Below, piece by piece: positions 27,993 to 35,584 of a DNA stretch of 64,000 nt. The notes beneath the pieces were generated by a model, which was not told where the DNA came from, did no database searches, and worked only from the letters and a program-made list of their open reading frames with translations. The stretch is from Micrococcales bacterium. GTDB lineage: Bacteria; Actinomycetota; Actinomycetes; Actinomycetales; WQXJ01. The position numbers and the translations under genes are program-made. Where the stretch lies: NCBI GenBank assembly GCA_009784895.1, contig WQXJ01000003.1, positions 17,602 through 81,601 on the forward strand, given 5' to 3'. The number at the start of each line of letters is the position of its first letter. Within the stretch, counting starts at the first letter, position 1.

Positions 27993-28832
27993 ATGACTAA
28001 CCCGGTGTTCGCTCGCAACCAAGCCTTCAATCCCCGCCCTGTTGCGACCATGGGACGGCAGGCCAATCCGGCCGCCGCCCAACAGGCTCCGGCCGCAGCT
28101 CAAACCACTTTGGCGGCCGAGCAACTCCAGGCTATGTACACCGCGCCCGCCGCCGGTGCCGCCCAGACCGGGCGCATTACATATGACGATGTCATCGTCA
28201 AAACCGCTGGTCTACTGGCGGTTGTGGTCATCCTGGGGGCCGCCACTTGGATGGTCGCGCCGCAGCTGTGGCCTATTGGCGCCATCGCCGGGCTGGTTTT
28301 GGCCTTTGTCAACATTTTCAAACGCGAACCCAGCCCGGCGCTGATCCTGGCCTACGCCGCCTGCCAGGGTGTCTTTCTGGGCGGAATCTCAAAGTTCTAC
28401 GAGGAATACACCGCCGGCGTGGTAGTCCAGGCGCTGGCGGCCACCGGCGCGGTCTTCGGCGTCACTTTGGCGCTATTTGCCAGCGGCAAGGTTCGGGCCA
28501 GCGGCCGGGCGACCAAGATCTTCTTCATTGCCTTTGCTGGCTACATCGTCTTCGCGCTGATCAACCTGGTTTTGGTGCTAACGGGCGCAGTTGATGGCTT
28601 TGGCATGTACCAGTACAAGGTGGCCGGAATCCCCTTGGCGCTGGTCGTTGGCATTTTGGTGGTGCTGATTGGGGCCTACAGTTTTGTGCTCGACTTCGAG
28701 GCCGTCAAAGTCGCTGTCGAATCTGGTCAGCCGCGCAAGCTGGCCTGGACGGCCGCCTTCGCCATGATGGTGACCATAGTTTGGCTGTATTTGGAGTTGT
28801 TGCGGATCATCGCCATTCTGCGCAACAACTAG
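27993..28832 (+). CDS. Bax inhibitor-1/YccA family membrane protein
   Basis: Start set at MTNPVFARNQAFN (ATG at 27993). About 7 TM helices, with the typical C-terminal [15 protein letters not shown]. Confidence 0.72.
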   Translation: MTNPVFARNQAFNPRPVATMGRQANPAAAQQAPAAAQTTLAAEQLQAMYTAPAAGAAQTGRITYDDVIVKTAGLLAVVVILGAATWMVAPQLWPIGAIAGLVLAFVNIFKREPSPALILAYAACQGVFLGGISKFYEEYTAGVVVQALAATGAVFGVTLALFASGKVRASGRATKIFFIAFAGYIVFALINLVLVLTGAVDGFGMYQYKVAGIPLALVVGILVVLIGAYSFVLDFEAVKVAVESGQPRKLAWTAAFAMMVTIVWLYLELLRIIAILRNN

Positions 28833-29049
28833 CAGTTTTGCGCTGGCTACCGGCCCGGCGCGGCTGGGCCAGCGGGCGGTGGGCGCGGAAAGAGACGGCG
28901 GTTTTCCAGCTATTGGGCTGGCGCCAGCTGGTCGGTTGAGTTGCGGTCAGGGCGGCGCTGCTTGGCCTAAGGCTCAAAATCGAGGCCGTTAGGGCGGCCA
29001 GTTCCTCGGCCGTGACCTCGCCATTGACCACTTCAAAGGTGGGGGTCAT
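28807..29049 (-). CDS. Acyl-CoA carboxylase epsilon subunit
   Basis: 80 aa. [20 protein letters not shown] is typical of AccE. 4-nt overlap with the upstream carboxyltransferase gene. Confidence 0.6.
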   Translation of the reverse strand: MTPTFEVVNGEVTAEELAALTASILSLRPSSAALTATQPTSWRQPNSWKTAVSFRAHRPLAQPRRAGSQRKTASCCAEWR

Positions 29050-30659
29050 AGTGGCTCGTTTCCGTGTTTTTTGGGTTGGGTGGCGACCCGTTTGGTGCGC
29101 AGCGCGCGCAGGGCGGCGCTGACTTGGACCCGGGTGTCCGATGGCGCAATCACCGCGTCGAGATAACCTCGCCCGGCGGCTTCATATGGGTTGATCAGGG
29201 CCTCGGTGTATTCCTCGATCAGGGTCTGGCGCTGGGCCGCGGCGTTGCCTTCTTCTTCGGCAGTCGCCAAGGCGCGGCGGTGCAGGATGTTGACCGCACC
29301 TTCCGCCCCCATGACCGCGATCTGGGCTGAGGGCCAGGCCAGGTTGATATCTGCGCCCAGCTGTTTTGAGCCCATGACAATGTAGGCACCGCCGTAGGCC
29401 TTGCGGGTGATGACTGTGACCAGCGGCACAGTGGCCTCGGCGTAGGCGTAGATCAATTTGGCGCCGCGGCGGATAATGCCATCCCATTCCTGGTCGGTGC
29501 CGGGCAGGAAACCAGGTACGTCCACCAATGTCAAAACTGGGATGTCGAAGGCATCGCAGGTCCGGACAAACCGGGCAGCCTTTTCCGAAGCAGCTATGTC
29601 AAGGGTGCCGGCCATGGCCAGCGGCTGGTTAGCAACTATGCCAACCGAGCGGCCTTCGACCCGGCCAAAAGCGGTGACGACATTTGGGGCATAGTCCACC
29701 TGGAGCTCAAGGAAGTCGCTTTCATCCAAGATGTGCTCCATGACCGTGCGCATGTCGTATGGGGCTTTGTCCTCATCCGGAATCAGGGTGTCCAAAGCCA
29801 GGTCGTCCGGCGAAGGGGTCAAGTCTGGGGCCACTTGGGCCGGGTAGGACGGTGCTTCGGTCAGGTTGTTCGAGGGCAGGTAGCTAAGCAAGGTCTTGGC
29901 AAAGTCGATGGCTTCTTCTTCATCCTGGCCGGCGAAATGGGCCACCCCAGATTTGGTGGTGTGGGTGGTGGCGCCGCCAAGCTCCTCGAAACCGACCTCT
30001 TCGCCGGTGACGGCCTTGATGACATCCGGGCCGGTGATGAACATGTGGCTGGTGCCTTTGGCCATGATGACAAAGTCGGTCAGCGCCGGGCTGTAAACCG
30101 CACCCCCGGCCGAGGGCCCCAGAATCAGGGAAATCTGTGGGATGACGCCGGAGGCGGCCACGTTACGGCGGAAGATCTCGGCGAATTGGGTCAAGGCGGC
30201 CACGCCTTCTTGAATCCGGGCGCCGCCGCCATCGGAGATACCAATAATCGGCAGACCCAGGCGCAGAGCCATATCTTGCACCTTGGTGATCTTGGCGCCG
30301 TGCGCCTCACCCAACGACCCGCCAAAAACGGTGAAGTCCTGGGAGAAGACACAGACTTGACGTCCGTCAACGCTGCCGTAGCCGGCGACCAAACCGTCGC
30401 CGTAGGGTCGGTTGCGCTCCAAGCCAAAGGCGGTGGCGCGGTGTTGGGCTAGGGCGTCGAGTTCGACAAAACTGCCGGGGTCGAGCAGGTGGTCGATCCG
30501 CTCGCGGGCCGAGAGTTTGCCTCTGGCGTGCTGTTTTTCCGCAGCCGTTTGGGCCGCTTGAGTGACGGCATGGTCGATCCGGTCAGAATGGTCAGCCAAT
30601 TGGGCCGCGGTGCGGCCCTTACTGGTTGGCTTCGAGGCTTGATCAGCAATCGAAGTCAT
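29046..30659 (-). CDS. Acyl-CoA carboxylase carboxyltransferase beta subunit (propionyl-CoA carboxylase beta / AccD5-like)
   Basis: 537 aa. [50 protein letters not shown], and [12 protein letters not shown]. Confidence 0.93.
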   Translation of the reverse strand: MTSIADQASKPTSKGRTAAQLADHSDRIDHAVTQAAQTAAEKQHARGKLSARERIDHLLDPGSFVELDALAQHRATAFGLERNRPYGDGLVAGYGSVDGRQVCVFSQDFTVFGGSLGEAHGAKITKVQDMALRLGLPIIGISDGGGARIQEGVAALTQFAEIFRRNVAASGVIPQISLILGPSAGGAVYSPALTDFVIMAKGTSHMFITGPDVIKAVTGEEVGFEELGGATTHTTKSGVAHFAGQDEEEAIDFAKTLLSYLPSNNLTEAPSYPAQVAPDLTPSPDDLALDTLIPDEDKAPYDMRTVMEHILDESDFLELQVDYAPNVVTAFGRVEGRSVGIVANQPLAMAGTLDIAASEKAARFVRTCDAFDIPVLTLVDVPGFLPGTDQEWDGIIRRGAKLIYAYAEATVPLVTVITRKAYGGAYIVMGSKQLGADINLAWPSAQIAVMGAEGAVNILHRRALATAEEEGNAAAQRQTLIEEYTEALINPYEAAGRGYLDAVIAPSDTRVQVSAALRALRTKRVATQPKKHGNEPL

Positions 30660-31037
30660 AGGGCTGGAATCCTCCTGGACACTTAGGGTCTTTAGTGGTT
30701 CAGCCTAGGTTGCAGGTCCAGCGGTGGACATCGCTGCAGGAGACATTGACCAAGTCTTGTAGGAACTCCACAACTGGGGCGGCAGGGTCTACCGCCTTCC
30801 CCCAACCCTGAGGCAAACCGCAGCGGTCGGTAGGGTGGTGCCGTGGACCAGACGAAATCGAAAAAACCGAGCCGGCCGCCTAAGCGACCTCCCAGTCAAG
30901 AATCAGTGCTGCCGACCGGCCCAGTCAGCGACAGCGCGATCACCTGGGGTGATGACCAGGATCCAGGCGAAAGCCGGCTACTGGCGAACAGGCCACCTCA
31001 TTGGGACGGGCGTTCAGGCATGAGCTAGCCTTCAACC

Positions 31038-31427
31038 ATGCAGGTCACACTGGGCGAACTGGACCAGAAACTGGGTCTCGAAGTACAAGAGCAATCGGTT
31101 GCGCGCGTGGTGGCGCGCATGCCAGTAGCCGGCAACCGTCAGGCCTTCGGTCGCCTCCACGGCGGTGCCTCCTTGGCGCTCGGAGAGTTCCTGGGCTCGT
31201 GGGCGGCTTGTTTGCACGCGGCTGAACTGGGCAAAGTAGCCGTCGGGGTCGATGTGAATGCCACCCACCACCGCCCGGCCCGCCAGGGTTCCGTCACTGG
31301 TGTGGCCACTCCGCTGCATTTGGGAGCCAGGACAACCAGTCACGAGATCGTCATCAGCGACGATTCAGGCCTAAGAGTCTCAACAGTCCGCGTCACAAAC
31401 CTGCTGATCGAACCCGAGCAACCCTAG
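31038..31427 (+). CDS. PaaI-family hotdog-fold thioesterase
   Basis: 129 aa. NRQAFGRLHGGASLALGE is the PaaI/4HBT motif. Confidence 0.75.
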   Translation: MQVTLGELDQKLGLEVQEQSVARVVARMPVAGNRQAFGRLHGGASLALGEFLGSWAACLHAAELGKVAVGVDVNATHHRPARQGSVTGVATPLHLGARTTSHEIVISDDSGLRVSTVRVTNLLIEPEQP

Positions 31428-31513
31428 GCGCCGCCAATCACCTGGCCAAAGCCAGTGAGGCCCAGGCCAAGGTCAGAGAGGCCTTAGCCAGGTTCACCCA
31501 GACTGGCCCCTGG

Positions 31514-32152
31514 TCAGCCAACCAAAACCGCACTGATGACGGCCCAGGAGGCCGCCCCGCTGAGTAGCTCAGCCTCTGTTGGTCTGACCGCCAGGAGCAC
31601 CAGACCCGGCGTGTCCAACTGCCCGGCCGCGGCCGGGCGGCCCACCACAACGGCACCCTGAGCCAGCCGCTGGGCCGGCTCAACCGCCCCGCTGGCGGTG
31701 GGCCCGGCCGACCCAAGCAGATCGATTTTGTCACCGCGTTGTATCACCTGAGCCACTTCGCCATCTGACAGCCGCACTGGCACTACCACCGTGCCTGGTG
31801 GGGCGTCCCTGACCGCACCTGGTTTGGCCAACAGAGGCGGAACCAGAGCCAAACCAGCCGGCAAAGCGGCGGTCAAACGTTGACCAATGACCTGGTCAAC
31901 GGAGCCAAAGGCACCATCCGGAACCAGGCCATTGGCCACCGGTGTCACCGTTACGTCAGCTGCGCGTAGCTCCTCGCCGGCCTCAACCTGGTGGGCAAGG
32001 ACGACCACCGGACTGGTTTGGCGAAAGGCCTGGACCACACCGGGCACCGCGATCCGCAGAGCCAGCGCCGCCAGCAGGACAACGCCAACCCACCGCCAGC
32101 GCCAGGCCGCCGCTCGCAACACTCTGGTCTCAATCCGAACAGCCATGGACAA
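31514..32152 (-). CDS. SAF-domain protein (CpaB/RcpC N-terminal-like)
   Basis: 212 aa with an N-terminal TM helix. VLAHQVEAGEELRAADVTVTPV is a SAF-like beta-clip. Confidence 0.6.
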   Translation of the reverse strand: MSMAVRIETRVLRAAAWRWRWVGVVLLAALALRIAVPGVVQAFRQTSPVVVLAHQVEAGEELRAADVTVTPVANGLVPDGAFGSVDQVIGQRLTAALPAGLALVPPLLAKPGAVRDAPPGTVVVPVRLSDGEVAQVIQRGDKIDLLGSAGPTASGAVEPAQRLAQGAVVVGRPAAAGQLDTPGLVLLAVRPTEAELLSGAASWAVISAVLVG

Positions 32153-32419
32153 AGGCTATGAGGCGGCACCGACAATGGCCGGCCAAACGGGGCTGAGCTG
32201 TGGACAACCCCCAACACGGTCGTTATCAACCGGCCGGATTAGGGCGCAGTGCCCGATGCCGCGTCCGGGCTTCGCCGTCAAAGTGAGCCAGGCCTTGGCC
32301 AGGCCAAGCGCCAGTCGCACCTGAGTTAGGGCGCGGCAGCCGGCCTGCTCTTGGATCCAGGTTTCGACCGGTCTGCAGGGCGGCCACGGCTGGCGGCGCT
32401 AGCCCAACCGGAAGCCGGT

Positions 32420-32794
32420 TCAGGTGGTGGCTGGCTGTTTGGACTTGGCCGCGCCGGCTCCACCGGAGCAATTTGTCGCACCGGTTTTGGTTTCGTTGGC
32501 AGCGCTTGTCTTGGCCTCACTGGCTGCACCGGTTTTGGCCTCACTGGCTGCGCCGGTTTTGGTCTCACTCGTGTCAGGCCGGCCAGAGGATCGAACCGAA
32601 CCAGATTTCGACCGGCCGGAGCGCGAATCAGTGCGGTAAAAGCCCGATCCCTTGAAGACCACTCCAACTGAACCGAACCGCTTACGCAGCAGGCCACTGC
32701 ACTCAGGGCAGTCCGTCAACGCCGGCTCCTGGAAGTCTTGACGCTGGTCAAAACCGTGATGGCACTGGGTGCAGGTGTAGGAGTAGGTAGGCAC
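32420..32794 (-). CDS. FmdB-family zinc-ribbon protein with a repetitive C-terminal tail
   Basis: GTG start at 32794, preceded by GGAGGAAG. VPTYSYTCTQCHHGFDQRQDFQEPALTDCPECSGLLRKRF has the CxxC...CxxC pattern. Confidence 0.8.
   Translation of the reverse strand: MPTYSYTCTQCHHGFDQRQDFQEPALTDCPECSGLLRKRFGSVGVVFKGSGFYRTDSRSGRSKSGSVRSSGRPDTSETKTGAASEAKTGAASEAKTSAANETKTGATNCSGGAGAAKSKQPATT
32513..32569. repeat. 24-nt tandem repeat (2 full units plus a partial) in the FmdB tail
   Basis: GGCCTCACTGGCTGC(A/G)CCGGTTTT occurs twice, then GGTCTCACT. It encodes repeats of the type EAKTGAAS. Confidence 0.85.
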
Positions 32795-32859
32795 CGGTCT
32801 TCCTCCACAGCGGCGAGCCGCCATTCTTGACGCAAACTGTCCGGCGTCATTCCTAGCAC

Positions 32860-33597
32860 TCAAGCGGGCCAAGTGCCAACTGTCTGTTCACCATCTGGGC
32901 AGTTGCCGTTGGCTCGATTCTGTTCAAACAGCTCCACGCCGCCAGCGGTCAGCACACCGTCTACGGACAAGTCGTGAGACTCTCGCGGCAGAGTACCGGC
33001 CGGGTGAACCTCGAATGGGTAAACCACAGCCAAGACCACGGACCCCGACCGGCGGTGGGCCAGCGCGCGGTCGTACCAGCCTCCGCCGCGACCCAGTCGG
33101 GTTCCAGACCGGTCGACCCCCAAGGCCGGCACCATCACCAAGGAACACTGGCTCAATGCCGTGGCCGGCAGATAGGGCGGCTGGGGACTGGGCAACTGTC
33201 CTGGTGGGGCAACTGGCAGGGCGCAGGTTGCGGCCGTGGCCCGCCCCCAGCGCAGCTCTCGGAGCGACGCGCCCGGCGCGGGCAGCAGCAGGCCAAGGCC
33301 TCGGGCGACCAAGTCGCAAAGCAGCTGTCTGGTTGGCGGTTCAGATCCGAACGACTGGTAACAGGCCACGGTCTCCCCCGCCGCCGGCATCAAACCAGCC
33401 AGGCCGAGGTTCCGCATATGCCAAAGCTCAACCTCACGGTCGAAGCGGGGGGTGGGCTGGGCAGTGTGCGAAAGCTCGGTCTCGCGGCAAAAGGCGAGCT
33501 CAGACCGGGGAAAGGTGGTGCACTCGTTGCGGGAGGCGGCATTAGCCAATTCTGACCGTCGCACCAAGGCCGCCTGACGCCACTGATGTTTGTCCAC
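32860..33597 (-). CDS. 5-formyltetrahydrofolate cyclo-ligase with a repeat-derived N-terminal insertion
   Basis: 245 aa. VPALGVDRSGTRLGRGGGWYDRAL is the family motif. Conserved position next to galU. Confidence 0.8.
   Translation of the reverse strand: MDKHQWRQAALVRRSELANAASRNECTTFPRSELAFCRETELSHTAQPTPRFDREVELWHMRNLGLAGLMPAAGETVACYQSFGSEPPTRQLLCDLVARGLGLLLPAPGASLRELRWGRATAATCALPVAPPGQLPSPQPPYLPATALSQCSLVMVPALGVDRSGTRLGRGGGWYDRALAHRRSGSVVLAVVYPFEVHPAGTLPRESHDLSVDGVLTAGGVELFEQNRANGNCPDGEQTVGTWPA
33417..33486. repeat. Repeat doublet inside the 5-FCL gene (degenerate copy 33417-33438; copy 33465-33486)
   Basis: TATGCCAAAGCTCAACCTCACG and TGTGCGAAAGCTCGGTCTCGCG. In the gene sense they read RETELSH..REVELWH. 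Confidence 0.85.
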
Positions 33598-33607
33598 GAA
33601 ATCAAGG

Positions 33608-33704
33608 CTAGGCCAGCCGCCGTGTTGTATGCGAAAGCTCGGTCTCGCGACGGAAGGTGAGACTAGGCCAGCCGCCAGGCCGTGTGCGAAAGCTCGGTCT
33701 CGCG
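33608..33704. repeat. Two tandem ~42-nt units (33608-33649, 33663-33704; period 55), each ending in TGCGAAAGCTCGGTCTCGCG
   Basis: CTAGGCCAGCCGCC...TGCGAAAGCTCGGTCTCGCG is read twice in the 5-FCL/galU divergent intergenic region. Confidence 0.9.
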
Positions 33705-33709
33705 AAAAA

Positions 33710-33781
33710 GGGGGGTGGGCGCGGGTGGAGGGGGCGGTTGTGGGTGGAAGGGCAGTGGCGGGTGGAGGGGGCGGTTGCGGG
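33710..33781 (+). other. G-rich tract with nine G3+ runs (putative G-quadruplex-forming), including a 20-nt direct repeat GCGGGTGGAGGGGGCGGTTG (33721-33740, 33758-33777)
   Basis: G runs counted by hand at 33710-15, 33717-19, 33723-25, 33730-34, 33742-44, 33750-52, 33760-62, 33767-71 and 33779-81. The tract ends 78 nt upstream of the galU start, on the sense strand. Confidence 0.6.
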
Positions 33782-33858
33782 CAAACGGCGTTAGGTGGAC
33801 CGGGCGTCCTGGCGCCGGTACCCCGCCAAAACGTCTATTCGCCAGTAGGCTGATTAGG

Positions 33859-34803
33859 GTGAAGACCACTAAGGCAGTGATACCAGTAGGCGGCCTGGGC
33901 ACACGCTTTTTGCCGGCCACCAAAGCAACACCAAAGGAGATGTTGCCGGTAGTAGACAGGCCGGCCATCGAGTACGTGGTGCGTGAAGCAGCGGCGGCCA
34001 ATCTCAGCGACGTGCTGCTGATCACCGGCCGATCCAAGTACTGCATCATGGACCATTTTGACCGGGCCTGGGACTTGGAACGTGCCCTTGAGGCCAAGGG
34101 CAAGACCGACATGCTGGCCGCCATACGCGAACCGGCCGAGCTGGCCACTATTCACACCATTCGCCAACACGCGCCGCGCGGTTTGGGCCACGCCGTCTTT
34201 TGCGCCCGCGAACATGTGGGCGATGAGCCGTTCGCTGTGCTGCTGGGCGATGACCTGATCGACGCCCGCGATCCTTTGTTGCCGGCCATGATTGCGGTCC
34301 AAGAGCGGTTGGGCGGGTCAGTTGTGGCCATAATGGAGTTCCCGCGCGAGCAGATCTCGCTGTACGGCTCGGCCACGGCCACGCCGGTCGACTCCCAGCT
34401 GCTGACCGGCTTGCACCTGGCCGCCAAGTCGGTTTTCCGCCTGACCGACTTGGTCGAAAAGCCGTCGCTGAATGAGGTGCCGTCCAACTACGCCATCGTT
34501 GGCCGCTACATTCTGAGTCCCAAGGTGTTCGACGTGTTGGAGAACCAACCGCCTGGTCAGGGCAACGAAATCCAGTTGACAGACGCTTTGGGCACACTTT
34601 CGGGGATGGACTTGGCCGATGGCGGCGGCGTCCACGGCGTGGTTTTCTCCGGCCGGCGTTACGACACTGGAGACAAACTCGACTACCTCAAAGCGGTGGT
34701 CCGCCTGGCCGGCGACCATCCTGATTTGGGGGCAGATTTCGCCGCCTGGTTGAGGCAGTACGTCGCTGAGGGCATGAACTCTCCTGGCAGTACCGGGTCT
34801 TAG
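33859..34803 (+). CDS. galU: UTP--glucose-1-phosphate uridylyltransferase
   Basis: Start set at the in-frame GTG at 33859 (VKTTKAVIPVGGLGTRFLPATKATPKEMLPVVDRPAIEY). The track ORF start at 33682 lies inside the repeat/G-rich region. Confidence 0.92.
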   Translation: MKTTKAVIPVGGLGTRFLPATKATPKEMLPVVDRPAIEYVVREAAAANLSDVLLITGRSKYCIMDHFDRAWDLERALEAKGKTDMLAAIREPAELATIHTIRQHAPRGLGHAVFCAREHVGDEPFAVLLGDDLIDARDPLLPAMIAVQERLGGSVVAIMEFPREQISLYGSATATPVDSQLLTGLHLAAKSVFRLTDLVEKPSLNEVPSNYAIVGRYILSPKVFDVLENQPPGQGNEIQLTDALGTLSGMDLADGGGVHGVVFSGRRYDTGDKLDYLKAVVRLAGDHPDLGADFAAWLRQYVAEGMNSPGSTGS

Positions 34804-34820
34804 GGTCCAGGCGAAGGCGC

Positions 34821-35432
34821 TTGTTGAACCTAGACCAACCACCCTGGCCGGCGGTTTTGACTGCCGGGCCGGTCAAGCTGCGGCCTATTCGCCGGCGCGA
34901 CGCCCGGGCCTGGGGTGCACTGAGATCACGCAACCAGGCCTGGCTTGAACCCTGGGACACCACCAGTCCACTAGGTGCCAGCGAAAGCGCCGTGAGCTCG
35001 TTTGCTGGCTACGCCGGGCTCCAGCTGCGCCTGGCCCGCCAGGGCCGGTCGCTGCCCTGGCTGATTGAATTCGAGGGCGAATTGGCTGGTCAACTGACCG
35101 GCAACGGCATTGAGCGGGGCGCATTGCAGCAGGTCTCTTTTGGCTACTGGGTCTCGCAGCACCTGGCCGGCCGCGGGATCGCACCCACCGCTTTGGCCTT
35201 GGCCTTTGACCACGCCATTGGAGTACTGGGTTTACACCGGGCCGAGGTGCCGATTAGGCCCACCAACGCCAATTCGCTGCGGGTGGTAGAGAAACTCGGC
35301 TTTCGCTGCGAGGGCGTTAGGCCGGCCTATCTTCATGTCGCTGGCGGCTGGGCCGACCACCTGATTTTTGCCCTGCATGCGGAGGACGTGCCCGGCGGTC
35401 TGCTGGCCCACTGGCAAGCGGCAGGCGGCTAG
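34821..35432 (+). CDS. GNAT family N-acetyltransferase (RimJ/RimL-like)
   Basis: 203 aa. VKLRPIRRRDARAW...FGYWVSQHLAGRGIAPTAL...HRAEVPIRPTNANSLRVVEKLGFRCEG. Conserved 5-FCL/galU/rimJ neighbourhood. Confidence 0.8.
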   Translation: MLNLDQPPWPAVLTAGPVKLRPIRRRDARAWGALRSRNQAWLEPWDTTSPLGASESAVSSFAGYAGLQLRLARQGRSLPWLIEFEGELAGQLTGNGIERGALQQVSFGYWVSQHLAGRGIAPTALALAFDHAIGVLGLHRAEVPIRPTNANSLRVVEKLGFRCEGVRPAYLHVAGGWADHLIFALHAEDVPGGLLAHWQAAGG

Positions 35433-35584
35433 CGGCGCGAGGCGAGGACGGCATCGGCCAAGGAGGCCTTCGCTCTTGGCTGAAAGGCAGCCCCAGATGG
35501 CCCGCCGGCGGGAATGCCCGGCGTCTGGGCCTGGTTGAACCAGATACCCCCCTAAACCCCAACCCCCGCCACGAGGATCACTAA

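Noticed and set aside
33608-33704. Possible mini-CRISPR arrays, because ~22-nt repeats recur with 34-55-nt spacing (also 6642-6699 and 58796-58902).
   Set aside because: There are only 2-3 units per site, the spacing is irregular, orientations are mixed, and some copies lie inside conserved ORFs. Repeat ends are not sharply bounded and the window has no cas genes.
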